Source of the DNA: a virus
Taxonomy: Duplodnaviria; Caudoviricetes
DNA length: 60,295 nucleotides
IMG/VR virus record: IMGVR_UViG_3300010048_000004
Location: 1 to 60,295 of that record
Direction: 5' to 3' (one strand)
A program made the translations under genes and the position numbers. Position 1 is the first letter of the stretch. Each line of letters begins with the position of its first letter. The notes under the pieces are model-generated. The model was not told the DNA's origin, did no database searches, and worked only from the letters and a program-made list of their open reading frames with translations. This document shows positions 1-8,654 of the stretch, piece by piece.

Positions 1-123
1 TGAGATCGAAGCTGGTGAAGCGGTACCGCAAATGCATCCCGGCATCAGGAAGCGCAAGGCGATCATTCCAGGCTTCGCTGCGATTGGCAGCAATGTTGCG
101 CCCACCGCTGAGGGGAATGAGCA
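1..123 (+). repeat. Terminal direct repeat, left copy (assembly circularisation overlap)
   Basis: Identical to 60173-60295; a reading frame runs across the junction. Confidence 0.95.
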
Positions 124-190
124 GCAAGATTCGGAAATACTGGAGCAACAGCGTGCGCGGTTAAGAGAGCAGCTACAGGGGATGGAATGA
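1..190 (+). CDS. C-terminal part of the large ejection/internal virion protein starting at 57195
   Basis: Frame continues ...EIEAGEAVPQMHPGIRKRK...LQGME to TGA at 188-190, overlapping the next ATG (ATGA). Confidence 0.85.
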   Translation, partial: EIEAGEAVPQMHPGIRKRKAIIPGFAAIGSNVAPTAEGNEQQDSEILEQQRARLREQLQGME

Positions 191-507
191 GCAGTCAAAG
201 ACATTTGCGCCAGGAGCTTGACGCTGCCGCGCTAAGGCTTCTTGGCAAGCACTTTCCGAAAGATTCGGCTGAAGGTGCGCCACCGCCTGATGAAGGCAAT
301 CAGATCAAGGCGTTCGATGCGGTGGTGCGCTATTTTGGTCCACGCACGAAATTCGGGGGCGATGACGACAAGCAGGAGCCCATCATTGAGCAACTCAGAA
401 ACAAACTCCACGGGCGTCGAGCGCCTCGCAGCAATTCCAATTCGTCCAACGGTGGTGGAAACTCCACCGAATTTCCAGGCTTCAACGATCCCGGCACCGG
501 CAACTGA
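187..507 (+). CDS. Hypothetical protein
   Basis: ATGA translational coupling with the upstream gene; 106 aa. Confidence 0.7.
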   Translation: MSSQRHLRQELDAAALRLLGKHFPKDSAEGAPPPDEGNQIKAFDAVVRYFGPRTKFGGDDDKQEPIIEQLRNKLHGRRAPRSNSNSSNGGGNSTEFPGFNDPGTGN

Positions 508-751
508 GCCGCCGCAGATCATTGTGCAAAAGCAGGAGATCAGCGATGCCATGTTGGCCGCTTTCTCGGCGCTCGGTTACGCGGTCTCGGCGCGATTCTT
601 GGTATTTTTAAGTTTGGCTGGAGCCTTCGCGCTCGCGGTGATGGCGATGCAATGGCACGATGTCATGGCGCTGGCCGTGCTCGGCATCTATTGCGTTCTC
701 ACCGTACTACCGCTGGTCGGCCTAGAGGTGCGTTCCAAGCGGCCTCAATAA
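242..751 (+). CDS. Membrane protein, holin-like candidate (true start probably downstream of 242)
   Basis: Two to three hydrophobic helices in the C-terminal half, basic tail RSKRPQ. Confidence 0.6.
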   Translation: MASTFRKIRLKVRHRLMKAIRSRRSMRWCAILVHARNSGAMTTSRSPSLSNSETNSTGVERLAAIPIRPTVVETPPNFQASTIPAPATEPPQIIVQKQEISDAMLAAFSALGYAVSARFLVFLSLAGAFALAVMAMQWHDVMALAVLGIYCVLTVLPLVGLEVRSKRPQ

Positions 752-784
752 CCGTTCACTCACCCATCCAAGGAGATTCAAGCC

Positions 785-1186
785 ATGCCTAATGTTGGCG
801 ATCATGAAGAATTGCACGCCCATTTCTACGACACCGACAAGAAAGAAATGACACCCGATAGCGTCGATTGGTCGGTCACCAAAGGCAATGTCACGCTCAA
901 AGGTTCACCTAGCACGCCTGAGAAAAAGGCTGAGGCTGAGATGACGACCGACGCGATTTTTAATGCGATAGGTCCATTTACCATTGAAGCGATAGGCCAC
1001 TTCGGCCTTGGCACTTTCGCAGTCGCCACAAGTGGCATGATTGATCCGCCAAAGCCAGTACCGCAACCGGTTGCTGGTGAGATTACAGTTGGCAAACCGC
1101 CGCCCGCAGCCAAACCGGCTGCAGATCAGCCAGCGTCAAGCGATGAATCGCCACCTGAAGGGCGGCACGCGCGGCACCGGGGCTAA
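785..1186 (+). CDS. Hypothetical protein (beta-rich with Pro/Ala tail)
   Basis: AAGGAG RBS upstream; 133 aa. Confidence 0.7.
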   Translation: MPNVGDHEELHAHFYDTDKKEMTPDSVDWSVTKGNVTLKGSPSTPEKKAEAEMTTDAIFNAIGPFTIEAIGHFGLGTFAVATSGMIDPPKPVPQPVAGEITVGKPPPAAKPAADQPASSDESPPEGRHARHRG

Positions 1187-1188
1187 TC

Positions 1189-1386
1189 ATGCCGTGGAAA
1201 CCTAAAGACGCATCACGATTCACAAGGCAGGCGACTACACCGAAGGCGAAGCGTGCGTTTGCGCACGCTTCCAATTCGGTGCTGGAGCGTACAGGCGATG
1301 AAGGGCGCGCGATTGCCGCTGGTAATGCGGCGGCACGCGCGTCTCGCGCCAAATCGCGCCGTGGCCGTAGAAGCACACGCAAGTAA
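1189..1386 (+). CDS. Small basic protein (MPW...DEGRAIA motif, Arg-rich C-terminus)
   Basis: Tight packing with neighbours; C-terminus RASRAKSRRGRRSTRK. Confidence 0.7.
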   Translation: MPWKPKDASRFTRQATTPKAKRAFAHASNSVLERTGDEGRAIAAGNAAARASRAKSRRGRRSTRK

Positions 1387-1401
1387 GAGAGGCCACACGT
1401 A

Positions 1402-2790
1402 ATGGTCGCACCTCAACTCGCCGCGTATGTCCAGGGGCAGGGCGCGGTCAGCGCCGACAATTTAAATTCGTTCGAACAAACCTGCGATAACTTCACGCAA
1501 CTGCGCGGGCTTATCGGTCTGCCAGGGATGCAAGTGTTCACGCGCGGCGGCACGACTATTGCCGATGGCAAGCAGGGGCCGTTCTACTGGAGCCAAGGTA
1601 TTTATATTGATGATGGTGTCAATGTCATCGTACCGATTGGCGCATCGTCAGGTGCGTGGATACGTTTGCAGTTGGTTGCATCTGTACAACCGTCAGGTGC
1701 CCCACTGCTTAGTGGCAAGAATCGACTGATAAATGGCGATCTGAGGCTTAATCAGTACGCTGGCCAGAGCCAGTTGACCCCGAATGCAACCGGATATGTC
1801 GCAGATCGCTGGTTTACCAGTCTCAGTCAAAGTGCAAAATTGATTTTCCAAACATCGCAAAATTCCAATTCCGCACCTTCGATCTATTGCGAGAATATCG
1901 AAAATTCAGGATCAGCTTACACACCACTTGCAAACGATGTGTTTACGTTTGCTCAGGCGGTGGAGGCAAATAACGTCAATGATATTCAGTTCGGGAGCGG
2001 CGGGGCAAAAGCACTAACGCTTTCGTTTTGGGCTTCTGCAGTTGTTCCTGGAACATATGCTGGCGCAATTCAAAATTACGCTGCGACACGCAGTTATGTG
2101 TTTACTTACAGTCTCCCAATCTCCAACACATGGACCTACATCGTCATAACTCTTCCGGGTGATGCAGGTGGTACATGGCAACTTGCTGGCAATGCCGGTT
2201 CGCTCAAAGTTATTTTTGATCTTGGGTCTGGTACAAATTTTTCTACCACCCCAGGAATATGGGTATCCGGAAGTTATCTCATCGCACCAGGAACGGTTAA
2301 GGTTGTCAGCAATATTCCTGCCGTTTTATCCCTGACCGACATTCAATTGGAGCTTGCACCACCGGGTGCAACGCCGTCCAATCCAATTGCCAGCCAATAT
2401 GACCGGCGTCTCATTGCTACTGAATTTGCCAATTGCCAAAGATATTTTGAAACGTCATTCCCATACGGCACAACGCCCGGTGATGGAATTAGCGGATTGG
2501 TTACAATGCTTGGCACGGCTTACACTGCTAATATAATTGAATACGCTACGCGGTTCACTGTTCCGAAACGCGCAGCGCCAACAATGACGGGTTATCGCGG
2601 AAGTAACGCAGGCTCCGTAGGTTCTGGCTTATGGAATTATTATAACGCCGGTTGGCTTGCTGGCGCGGCCCCTTCAGCATTCCAATCAGATACTACCGGA
2701 TTTTCACGCACAAATAATACATCCGCCGCTGTAACAGCTAACGGTTCAAATCTACTTGATGGAAATTGGACGGCATCAGCAGAATTATAG
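1402..2790 (+). CDS. Tail fibre / receptor-binding protein
   Basis: N-terminal tailspike-type anchor (GPFYW..DDGVNVIVP..GAWIRL) followed by an NRLINGD carbohydrate-binding-like domain ending WTASAEL. Confidence 0.75.
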   Translation: MVAPQLAAYVQGQGAVSADNLNSFEQTCDNFTQLRGLIGLPGMQVFTRGGTTIADGKQGPFYWSQGIYIDDGVNVIVPIGASSGAWIRLQLVASVQPSGAPLLSGKNRLINGDLRLNQYAGQSQLTPNATGYVADRWFTSLSQSAKLIFQTSQNSNSAPSIYCENIENSGSAYTPLANDVFTFAQAVEANNVNDIQFGSGGAKALTLSFWASAVVPGTYAGAIQNYAATRSYVFTYSLPISNTWTYIVITLPGDAGGTWQLAGNAGSLKVIFDLGSGTNFSTTPGIWVSGSYLIAPGTVKVVSNIPAVLSLTDIQLELAPPGATPSNPIASQYDRRLIATEFANCQRYFETSFPYGTTPGDGISGLVTMLGTAYTANIIEYATRFTVPKRAAPTMTGYRGSNAGSVGSGLWNYYNAGWLAGAAPSAFQSDTTGFSRTNNTSAAVTANGSNLLDGNWTASAEL

Positions 2791-2812
2791 TCGCCAAATT
2801 TAGGAGATCAGC

Positions 2813-3460
2813 ATGAAACTTGTCGGCGTAGGCGATCAGCATAAGCGTGATTTCTCATTCTTTGCCGATGGCGTGATCTTATCTGCTTCTGCGCCGCAGT
2901 TGATTTTGCCGGAACACACGTCGCGATCTGCGCTGTGGCTTCAAAATAGCTCCAGCGCAACCATGTGGTTCGGCATCGGCAGCGCACGCGCGACATGTAC
3001 AATCGCTGGCGGCGCGGTCAATGCGGTCACCGTCGTCAACGGCGGTTTCGGGTTTACGCGCCCACCGATTGTGCAGTTCCTGGGCGGCGGCATTACGCCG
3101 GGCGGCGGCAATTTTACGCCCAACACATCGTATGTCGGGGCAGGCGGGCCGGGCTTTCCATCGCCGCAGCATCCGGCGCTGGCGCATTGCGTGCTAACTG
3201 GCGGCGTGGTGACCTCCATCGTGATTGACGATTCGGGCGTAGGTTATGTGAAGCCGCCTTATGTGTTCATCAGCAATGATCCGCTCGATCCCAACGGCTG
3301 CTTCGATCCGTCAAAGCCATCCGGCGCATCGGCGGGCTCTGGCTTTCAGCTTCCACCGGGAAATTCGTGGACCTTCGATTCCAGTGTCGTATTCACCGAT
3401 CCCATTGCGGTGTTCTGCGCAACCATCAATTCTAGTTTTGCCTGCTGGTGGGCGACATGA
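2813..3460 (+). CDS. Virion structural protein with GxG(Y/F)xxPP repeats
   Basis: AGGAG RBS; VVNGGFGFTRPP and DSGVGYVKPP repeats resemble those in 48419 and 50603. Confidence 0.65.
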   Translation: MKLVGVGDQHKRDFSFFADGVILSASAPQLILPEHTSRSALWLQNSSSATMWFGIGSARATCTIAGGAVNAVTVVNGGFGFTRPPIVQFLGGGITPGGGNFTPNTSYVGAGGPGFPSPQHPALAHCVLTGGVVTSIVIDDSGVGYVKPPYVFISNDPLDPNGCFDPSKPSGASAGSGFQLPPGNSWTFDSSVVFTDPIAVFCATINSSFACWWAT

Positions 3461-4731
3461 GATCGTTCTTGCTCGCCAGCGTTGCCGTCATTGCGCTGTG
3501 CTGTTTTTTCCCGGCGCATGCGCACGCCCAGCAAGGTGGTGGCGGTGGCATCGGTACTGCGCCAGGAGCAGGTTCACCCGGTCATAGTGCGGTTTGGGTT
3601 GCGCCAGATATTTTGGGTGATAGCGGTTACGGTGTTGTCACTGTGGGCCGCAACCGGCTGATAAATGGCGATTTCAGGGTTTCGCAATATAACGGAACCA
3701 ATTCCGTCACGCCCGCCGCTTCTGGTTATGTCATTGACCGTTGGTCTGCCGCTATTACCACCAGTGGTCATTTAAATTTTCAGCAATGGGCCATGGCTCC
3801 ACCTGGGCCACCTTATTCAACCAACGCGTTTGTCGTCACCATAGTAACTCCAGCAACTGTAGCGGCGACAGACACTTGGAATTTTCAGCAACCCGTCGAA
3901 GCTCTCAATATAGGAGATAGCGGTTTCGGCGCGGCTGGCGCGCAATCTCTTTCGCTTTCATTTTGGGCTTATTCGAGTGTGGGCGGTACTTATGCCGGAG
4001 CAATAACCAATTACGCTTTCAATCGCAGTTATGTTTTTACTTTCAATTTAGCAGTCGCAACCTGGACAAGAATTGTGATTACTATTCCTGGCGATACGGC
4101 TGGCACTTGGGTAAACCAAGGCAATGCTGGGGCTATGCGATTATTTTTTGATCTTGGCGGCGGCTCAAGCAATGCCACTACGCCGGGTGTATGGACGGCA
4201 GGCTCATTTAATACCGCGCCAGGGGTAACGCAATTTGTCACTCAAGTGGCTAATAGCAAAATTTATTTTACAGATATTCAACTTGAACTCGCCCCGCCCG
4301 GCGCGACACCGGCTGCACCAGCCGCTACCCAATATGAGCGGCGGTCATTTGCGCACGAATTGCTGCTTTGCCAGCGATACTTTCAGACAAGCTATCCAAT
4401 CGGAACCTTGCCCGCTGACGGAGCGAGCGGTTCAACAGTCGGCAACGCGGCGGCTTACACAACCGCTGCCGCGCGGGTGCTCACGCAATTTTCTCCGCCA
4501 ATGCGGGCAACGCCGGGAATGGTCGCGTATCGCGGCACCAATGCAGGCACTAACGGTGTCTGGAATTTTTACTACCCCTCTACCACCTCATGGGTTGCAG
4601 GCACCGGCATGTCGTTGACCGCGAATGGCGCAGGCGGGTTCACGGGACAAGTGAATACCAACGCGGGAAACTTTACTCTCGGTTTAAGCTATCTGATCGA
4701 CGGTGGCTGGGCTGCGAGCGCGGAGCTTTAA
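3457..4731 (+). CDS. Signal-peptide-bearing paralogue of the tail fibre domain
   Basis: MRSFLLASVAVIALCCFFPAHAHA leader; NRLINGD...WAASAEL region homologous to 1402-2790. Confidence 0.75.
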   Translation: MRSFLLASVAVIALCCFFPAHAHAQQGGGGGIGTAPGAGSPGHSAVWVAPDILGDSGYGVVTVGRNRLINGDFRVSQYNGTNSVTPAASGYVIDRWSAAITTSGHLNFQQWAMAPPGPPYSTNAFVVTIVTPATVAATDTWNFQQPVEALNIGDSGFGAAGAQSLSLSFWAYSSVGGTYAGAITNYAFNRSYVFTFNLAVATWTRIVITIPGDTAGTWVNQGNAGAMRLFFDLGGGSSNATTPGVWTAGSFNTAPGVTQFVTQVANSKIYFTDIQLELAPPGATPAAPAATQYERRSFAHELLLCQRYFQTSYPIGTLPADGASGSTVGNAAAYTTAAARVLTQFSPPMRATPGMVAYRGTNAGTNGVWNFYYPSTTSWVAGTGMSLTANGAGGFTGQVNTNAGNFTLGLSYLIDGGWAASAEL

Positions 4732-4775
4732 ATGACCGCACCTCAACAGCAACCGCATTCGCAAGCGGAGATATG

Positions 4776-4979
4776 ATGATGACCATCATTCATTTGCTTC
4801 TGGTGCTGATCATTTGGGGCGTAGTGCTGTGGATCATCTGGTGGGCGATCTCTCAGATACCGGCACCACCACCCGTGATGGTGGCGATCCGCGTGATTTT
4901 CGCGTTGATCGTGGCGCTGGTGGCGCTTGAGATATTGCTGCCGCTCACCGAGATCGACGGGCGCACATTGTTCCGATAG
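4776..4979 (+). CDS. Small two-helix membrane protein
   Basis: GGAG RBS; two hydrophobic segments separated by PAPPP. Confidence 0.7.
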   Translation: MMTIIHLLLVLIIWGVVLWIIWWAISQIPAPPPVMVAIRVIFALIVALVALEILLPLTEIDGRTLFR

Positions 4980-5009
4980 TTCCTCTTTCTAACGCTTAGG
5001 TTAAATCGT

Positions 5010-5040
5010 GCCGGGCCCCATTTCGGGGTCCGGCTTTTTT
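5010..5040 (+). terminator. Intrinsic terminator ending the late operon
   Basis: GCCGGGCCCC-ATTTC-GGGGTCCGGC followed by T-tract. Confidence 0.85.
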
Positions 5041-5138
5041 GCCGTTTACTGGCATTTCAAAAAGTCAATTGGACCTATTACGCAAATGTACTCGCGCAAC
5101 GAAAGTGCTTGCTTTTCTTATCAAGCGGGACAGGCGTC

Positions 5139-5405
5139 ATGGAAATGATGGTTAGGCATCCCATACCAAGGATTCCTCATCCTCAAGACGTGAAACTTGG
5201 GAACCGGCTACGCGAAGTGCGCGAGAGCCTCAATATCACCCAGGAGATTGTGGCGCGCGAAGCTGGGATCAGCCTGCAGCAAATTCAAAAGTACGAGCAT
5301 GCGCAAAATCGCGTGTCTTGGTCGCGGCTCTGCGAGTTGGCGGCAGCACTTGATACCGATGTCATCACGCTCATTAAGCCTCTCATGAAGAAGAGGGGTC
5401 AATGA
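5139..5405 (+). CDS. XRE-family HTH regulator
   Basis: LGNRLREVRESLNITQ..VAREAGISLQQIQKYE..NRVS motif. Confidence 0.85.
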   Translation: MEMMVRHPIPRIPHPQDVKLGNRLREVRESLNITQEIVAREAGISLQQIQKYEHAQNRVSWSRLCELAAALDTDVITLIKPLMKKRGQ

Positions 5406-5721
5406 GATCATCAATTCTCTGCAGCATTACCGAGCGCCAGTGGGACGATCCCGCGCCGCGTACCACATCGCGAAGTTCGATCAAGATTTCGCGTGCTCTG
5501 GCGAAACGCATATCAACTGGATTGTCCTTGATGTTGAGGGGAGATGGGTCAAGCGCTCTGATCCGAGCAGAAACGCGCTTGACCCATTTGATAGCGTACT
5601 CGATTTGCAGACCGGTTTGCCGGTCATACTGATCGCGCCGACCTTGTTCCGATTTTAGAATTGCTTCCAGTTCTTCAATCGCGGTGTCTGCGATCTCCGC
5701 GCAATGATCGATGTCTGTCAT
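5383..5721 (-). CDS. Hypothetical protein
   Basis: AAGGA RBS upstream; 112 aa. Confidence 0.55.
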   Translation of the reverse strand: MTDIDHCAEIADTAIEELEAILKSEQGRRDQYDRQTGLQIEYAIKWVKRVSARIRALDPSPLNIKDNPVDMRFARAREILIELRDVVRGAGSSHWRSVMLQRIDDLIDPSSS

Positions 5722-5853
5722 AAGGTTCCTTGAAAGTGTTCATGCCGTGTCCACTGTAGGCACATCGCATTTTGAAATAAAGTTAAGAGTCGGATTGATT
5801 CATGATGGCAATGGTGCGCAGCATGAACACAAATCACAGAAGGAGAGGTAAGC

Positions 5854-6267
5854 ATGAGTTCAATCATCGCTTTACTGACGGCGGCTGCGGCCAAGGCTAT
5901 CGAAGCGGTTGGCAAGACAAAGGAAGTGTCACCGCCAAGGTTTGAAAAATTTGACGGCTACGATCCCAACAAGCTCGATGCACGTCCATTGATCTGGTCA
6001 CTGGAGAACAAACCAGAAGAGTGGAGTTACCCAGGTCCGCGTCCGGACAATCACGCCCTCGCGTTCTATTTGCGGCATGAGCCGTCAAATCATCTCTTCA
6101 ATATCAGTTGGCACGAAAATCTTTGCGGACTGGCCGCAGCAGAATGTTCTTGCCATGCGACCTCACACCAATTTCAGACCGGGCAAGCGCTTGAACTTTA
6201 TGCGGCTGCAGTTGCGTGGGATAAAGAAATGATCCGCCGCCAGTTTGCGGAGCACTTCACTGGATAA
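5854..6267 (+). CDS. Hypothetical protein
   Basis: Strong AGGAGAGG RBS; 137 aa. Confidence 0.7.
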   Translation: MSSIIALLTAAAAKAIEAVGKTKEVSPPRFEKFDGYDPNKLDARPLIWSLENKPEEWSYPGPRPDNHALAFYLRHEPSNHLFNISWHENLCGLAAAECSCHATSHQFQTGQALELYAAAVAWDKEMIRRQFAEHFTG

Positions 6268-6270
6268 ATT

Positions 6271-6392
6271 TTGGCATGCAGTCTTGTGCCATCCCCATGG
6301 TCTGCCTCTGCATGCCAATAAGGTGCCGGTCAGGTTTAGCGCAGGAGTGTCCAGCCCTGGTTCGCTCCTGTAATAGTTGCCTGACCGGCATC
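6271..6392. ncRNA. Candidate structured RNA element (two tandem long hairpins)
   Basis: 11-bp perfect stems 6271-6281/6308-6318 and 6324-6334/6380-6390, each with inner stems. Confidence 0.4.
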
Positions 6393-6408
6393 GATTTTTG
6401 AATCGATC

Positions 6409-6588
6409 ATGGCTTCTATCGATTATCTGGTTTGCACGCGTTGCGTTGATCAACCAAGTCCGGTCAAAGGATCAGTACGGGCGCGCTGTACGTCATGCGA
6501 TCAGCCGGTGTGGGTTGCCCCTAAAAGTCCGAAGGGCATGCCAGTGATGTGCATGGATTGTGTCAAAGCGATGATGGAGTCACAGTGA
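6409..6588 (+). CDS. Small zinc-finger-like protein (59 aa, below ORF-track cutoff)
   Basis: Hand translation MASIDYLVCTRC...CTSCDQPVW...CMDC, three CxxC pairs. Confidence 0.6.
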   Translation: MASIDYLVCTRCVDQPSPVKGSVRARCTSCDQPVWVAPKSPKGMPVMCMDCVKAMMESQ

Positions 6589-6608
6589 CACTTTCCATTG
6601 GGGGTCAC

Positions 6609-6833
6609 ATGGCCGACGACAAACAACTCATCATCACGCGCGCATTCGTGCCACAAGCATTGACGCATGCATGGCTTCAACATCTGCGCGACTTCGACAC
6701 GCTTCATCCTGGCTGTCATTTTGAAATAATGCTGGAAGATTCCGGCCTCACAATGCGCGAGATGATCGACAAGATCACGCTCGATCCTGAGATGAATTTC
6801 ATCTCATTCTTTCCACACAAGCAATCTCAGTAA
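6609..6833 (+). CDS. Hypothetical protein
   Basis: MADDKQL start after GGGGG; conserved-looking WLQHLRDFD motif. Confidence 0.6.
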   Translation: MADDKQLIITRAFVPQALTHAWLQHLRDFDTLHPGCHFEIMLEDSGLTMREMIDKITLDPEMNFISFFPHKQSQ

Positions 6834-6957
6834 TCTGTGTACGGATAAATATAACCCCTACAAAGCTGGGGCTCTTGCGAGCTTGTCCAATAGGGCCATT
6901 AGCCCTATACTCGGGGGTCGGCAAATTGGGCCGATTTCACACATCGAAAGGACAACA

Positions 6958-7188
6958 ATGCCTAATGCAATTTTAACCTGGACTCATGCCCTGGAGAAGA
7001 TGGGAATGCAGCGTGTCGATGCGGAACGCGCTGCCGCCGAATTGTTGGAAGCGATGAACACGACCGCAGCAACGAAATCGGATTTGATCGCACTCAAGTT
7101 TGAACTCTATCGCGGCATGCTGGCGATAGGCGGCACGCTTTGCGCGTTGTTGTTTGCCGCGTTGCATATCTGGCCCCCACATCTTTGA
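6958..7188 (+). CDS. DUF1640/CCDC90-like coiled-coil protein with C-terminal membrane anchor
   Basis: LEKMGM...AATKSDL motif plus hydrophobic C-terminus; TCGAAAGGAC RBS. Confidence 0.65.
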   Translation: MPNAILTWTHALEKMGMQRVDAERAAAELLEAMNTTAATKSDLIALKFELYRGMLAIGGTLCALLFAALHIWPPHL

Positions 7189-7271
7189 GCCGTGAGTGCG
7201 TAGCTCCATGCCGGATAAACGATCATCCGGCATCGGGCGCGATCTTGCGCATCAACCGAAAGGACTAACGA

Positions 7272-7445
7272 GTGCAGAAAAAGATTTCATGGACGCCTGC
7301 GATGCTGGCGCGATTCAAGCTGGCTCTCGCTGACCATAAAGAGAATGACGTGATCGTGTTTGACGGCAACGAGTTTGTGGTCGCTTACGGGCGCTACCTT
7401 GTCGAATATCTGGAGGGTCAATTCCACGCGAGAGGCGATGCATGA
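7272..7445 (+). CDS. Hypothetical protein (57 aa)
   Basis: GTG start after CGAAAGGAC; FDGNEFVVAYGRYLVEYLE. Confidence 0.6.
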   Translation: MQKKISWTPAMLARFKLALADHKENDVIVFDGNEFVVAYGRYLVEYLEGQFHARGDA

Positions 7446-7564
7446 TGCCTGTCTGGAAGATGCTGCTGATCTTCATGGCTGGTATCATCGCTATGGTTAT
7501 TTTCATCGATGTCTCTGCGCACCTAGTAATTCTGGCGGACAAGAATCTGTGGGGCGACAAGTGA
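7442..7564 (+). CDS. Small single-pass membrane peptide (40 aa)
   Basis: ATGA and GTGA coupling on both sides; hydrophobic core. Confidence 0.5.
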   Translation: MMPVWKMLLIFMAGIIAMVIFIDVSAHLVILADKNLWGDK

Positions 7565-7773
7565 AAATGCCGACTGGAGATCAGATCAAAGTGTTGCGTG
7601 AGTCCATCGGGCTCACGCAGCAGCAGCTTGGTGAAGAGCTTCGCCTGCCGCAACTCAATGCCGGGCGCACCGTGCGCAGGTGGGAGGCTGGCGACCGCCA
7701 GCCTTCCGGCACCGTGGTGATGATGCTCGAAATTCTAGCGAAGGCCGCACGCGTGAAAGCGCCGTGGCTATGA
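7561..7773 (+). CDS. HTH regulator (XRE/HigA-like)
   Basis: IKVLRESIGLTQQQLG...TVRRWEAGDRQPSG. Confidence 0.8.
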   Translation: MKMPTGDQIKVLRESIGLTQQQLGEELRLPQLNAGRTVRRWEAGDRQPSGTVVMMLEILAKAARVKAPWL

Positions 7774-7832
7774 CGCGAGAGATGGCGCGTCATAGCCGTG
7801 GCACTTAGGTCACGACAACAAGGGGAAGTACA

Positions 7833-8171
7833 ATGAAGGGACTGAATCGAAGCGCGGTGCTGGCTGCGCTTCTTCTTGTGGGGGCGTGTGCCACCAACGT
7901 GGACATGGTGCCCACCAACGGTTCGCGCGCCGATGGTACGATTGATATGTCATTCCAATATGGAATTTTCCAAAAGCCGATAGTCGATACCGATAAGGCG
8001 ATGGCCCAGGCTCAGGAGACTTGTCATGGCTGGGGCTACACGGGCGCGCGTCCGTTCGGTGGATCAAACCAAACGTGCCTTGTGCGCAACGGCTACGGCA
8101 ATTGCCTGCGTGTTCAAGTCGATGTGCGCTTTCAATGCACAGGCTCACCCTCAACAGGTAACGGCAACTAA
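7833..8171 (+). CDS. YecR-like lipoprotein
   Basis: Lipobox VGAC; GSRADGT and CxxWGYxGAxPFGG motifs. Confidence 0.75.
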   Translation: MKGLNRSAVLAALLLVGACATNVDMVPTNGSRADGTIDMSFQYGIFQKPIVDTDKAMAQAQETCHGWGYTGARPFGGSNQTCLVRNGYGNCLRVQVDVRFQCTGSPSTGNGN

Positions 8172-8181
8172 GTAGAAGCCG

Positions 8182-8216
8182 GTCACCGCCGTCCATGTGG
8201 AAAGGGCGGCGGTGAC
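8182..8216 (+). terminator. Stem-loop after the lipoprotein gene
   Basis: GTCACCGCCGTCC / GGGCGGCGGTGAC stem. Confidence 0.5.
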
Positions 8217-8254
8217 TTCAATAACTTTAATCTTAACAGTGAAAAAGGACGCTC

Positions 8255-8617
8255 ATGAAATTCTCTTTTATGCTTTCAACTGCCGCCGTGCTGACGGCAC
8301 TAGTGACACCGGCACATGCAGGATTTTTTAGTGGGAATGATCTTCTCAAGAATTGCACATCATCAATTCCACAAGAACAAAGCTGGTGTCTTGGGTATGT
8401 TTCAGGTGCAACCGACGCATTGCAAAGCGTTCGCGCTATGATGTTCGGACATGAAGATTTGTGTCCACAATATGGAACAGAAGTAAGCCAAGTCAAAGAT
8501 GCTGTGGTGCTCTATCTTCAGAATCATCCTGCAGAACGCACCTTGGGCGGCGATACGATAGTCATTGAAGCAATTTCCACCAATTGGAAATGCAACACGC
8601 TTCCGGCAACAAAATAG
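8255..8617 (+). CDS. Rap1a/Tai-family T6SS immunity-like exported protein
   Basis: Signal peptide ending AHA; SGNDLLxxC, CLGYVSGATD, C-P, YLQNHP and terminal C pattern. Confidence 0.75.
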   Translation: MKFSFMLSTAAVLTALVTPAHAGFFSGNDLLKNCTSSIPQEQSWCLGYVSGATDALQSVRAMMFGHEDLCPQYGTEVSQVKDAVVLYLQNHPAERTLGGDTIVIEAISTNWKCNTLPATK

Positions 8618-8654
8618 CGGCGGCGGTGATCTCAACATCAACAGAGAGGACATT

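Noticed and set aside
1-123. Biological terminal repeat
   Set aside because: It lies inside a continuous gene and has k-mer-like length; best explained as an assembly overlap
1402-4731. Diversity-generating retroelement or shufflon acting on the two fibre paralogues
   Set aside because: No reverse transcriptase or invertase; the copies differ throughout rather than at adenines; no flanking inverted repeats
6849-6858. Extra inverted copy of the integrase arm motif (ATATAACCCC)
   Set aside because: Single 10-mer 2.7 kb from attP; may be chance
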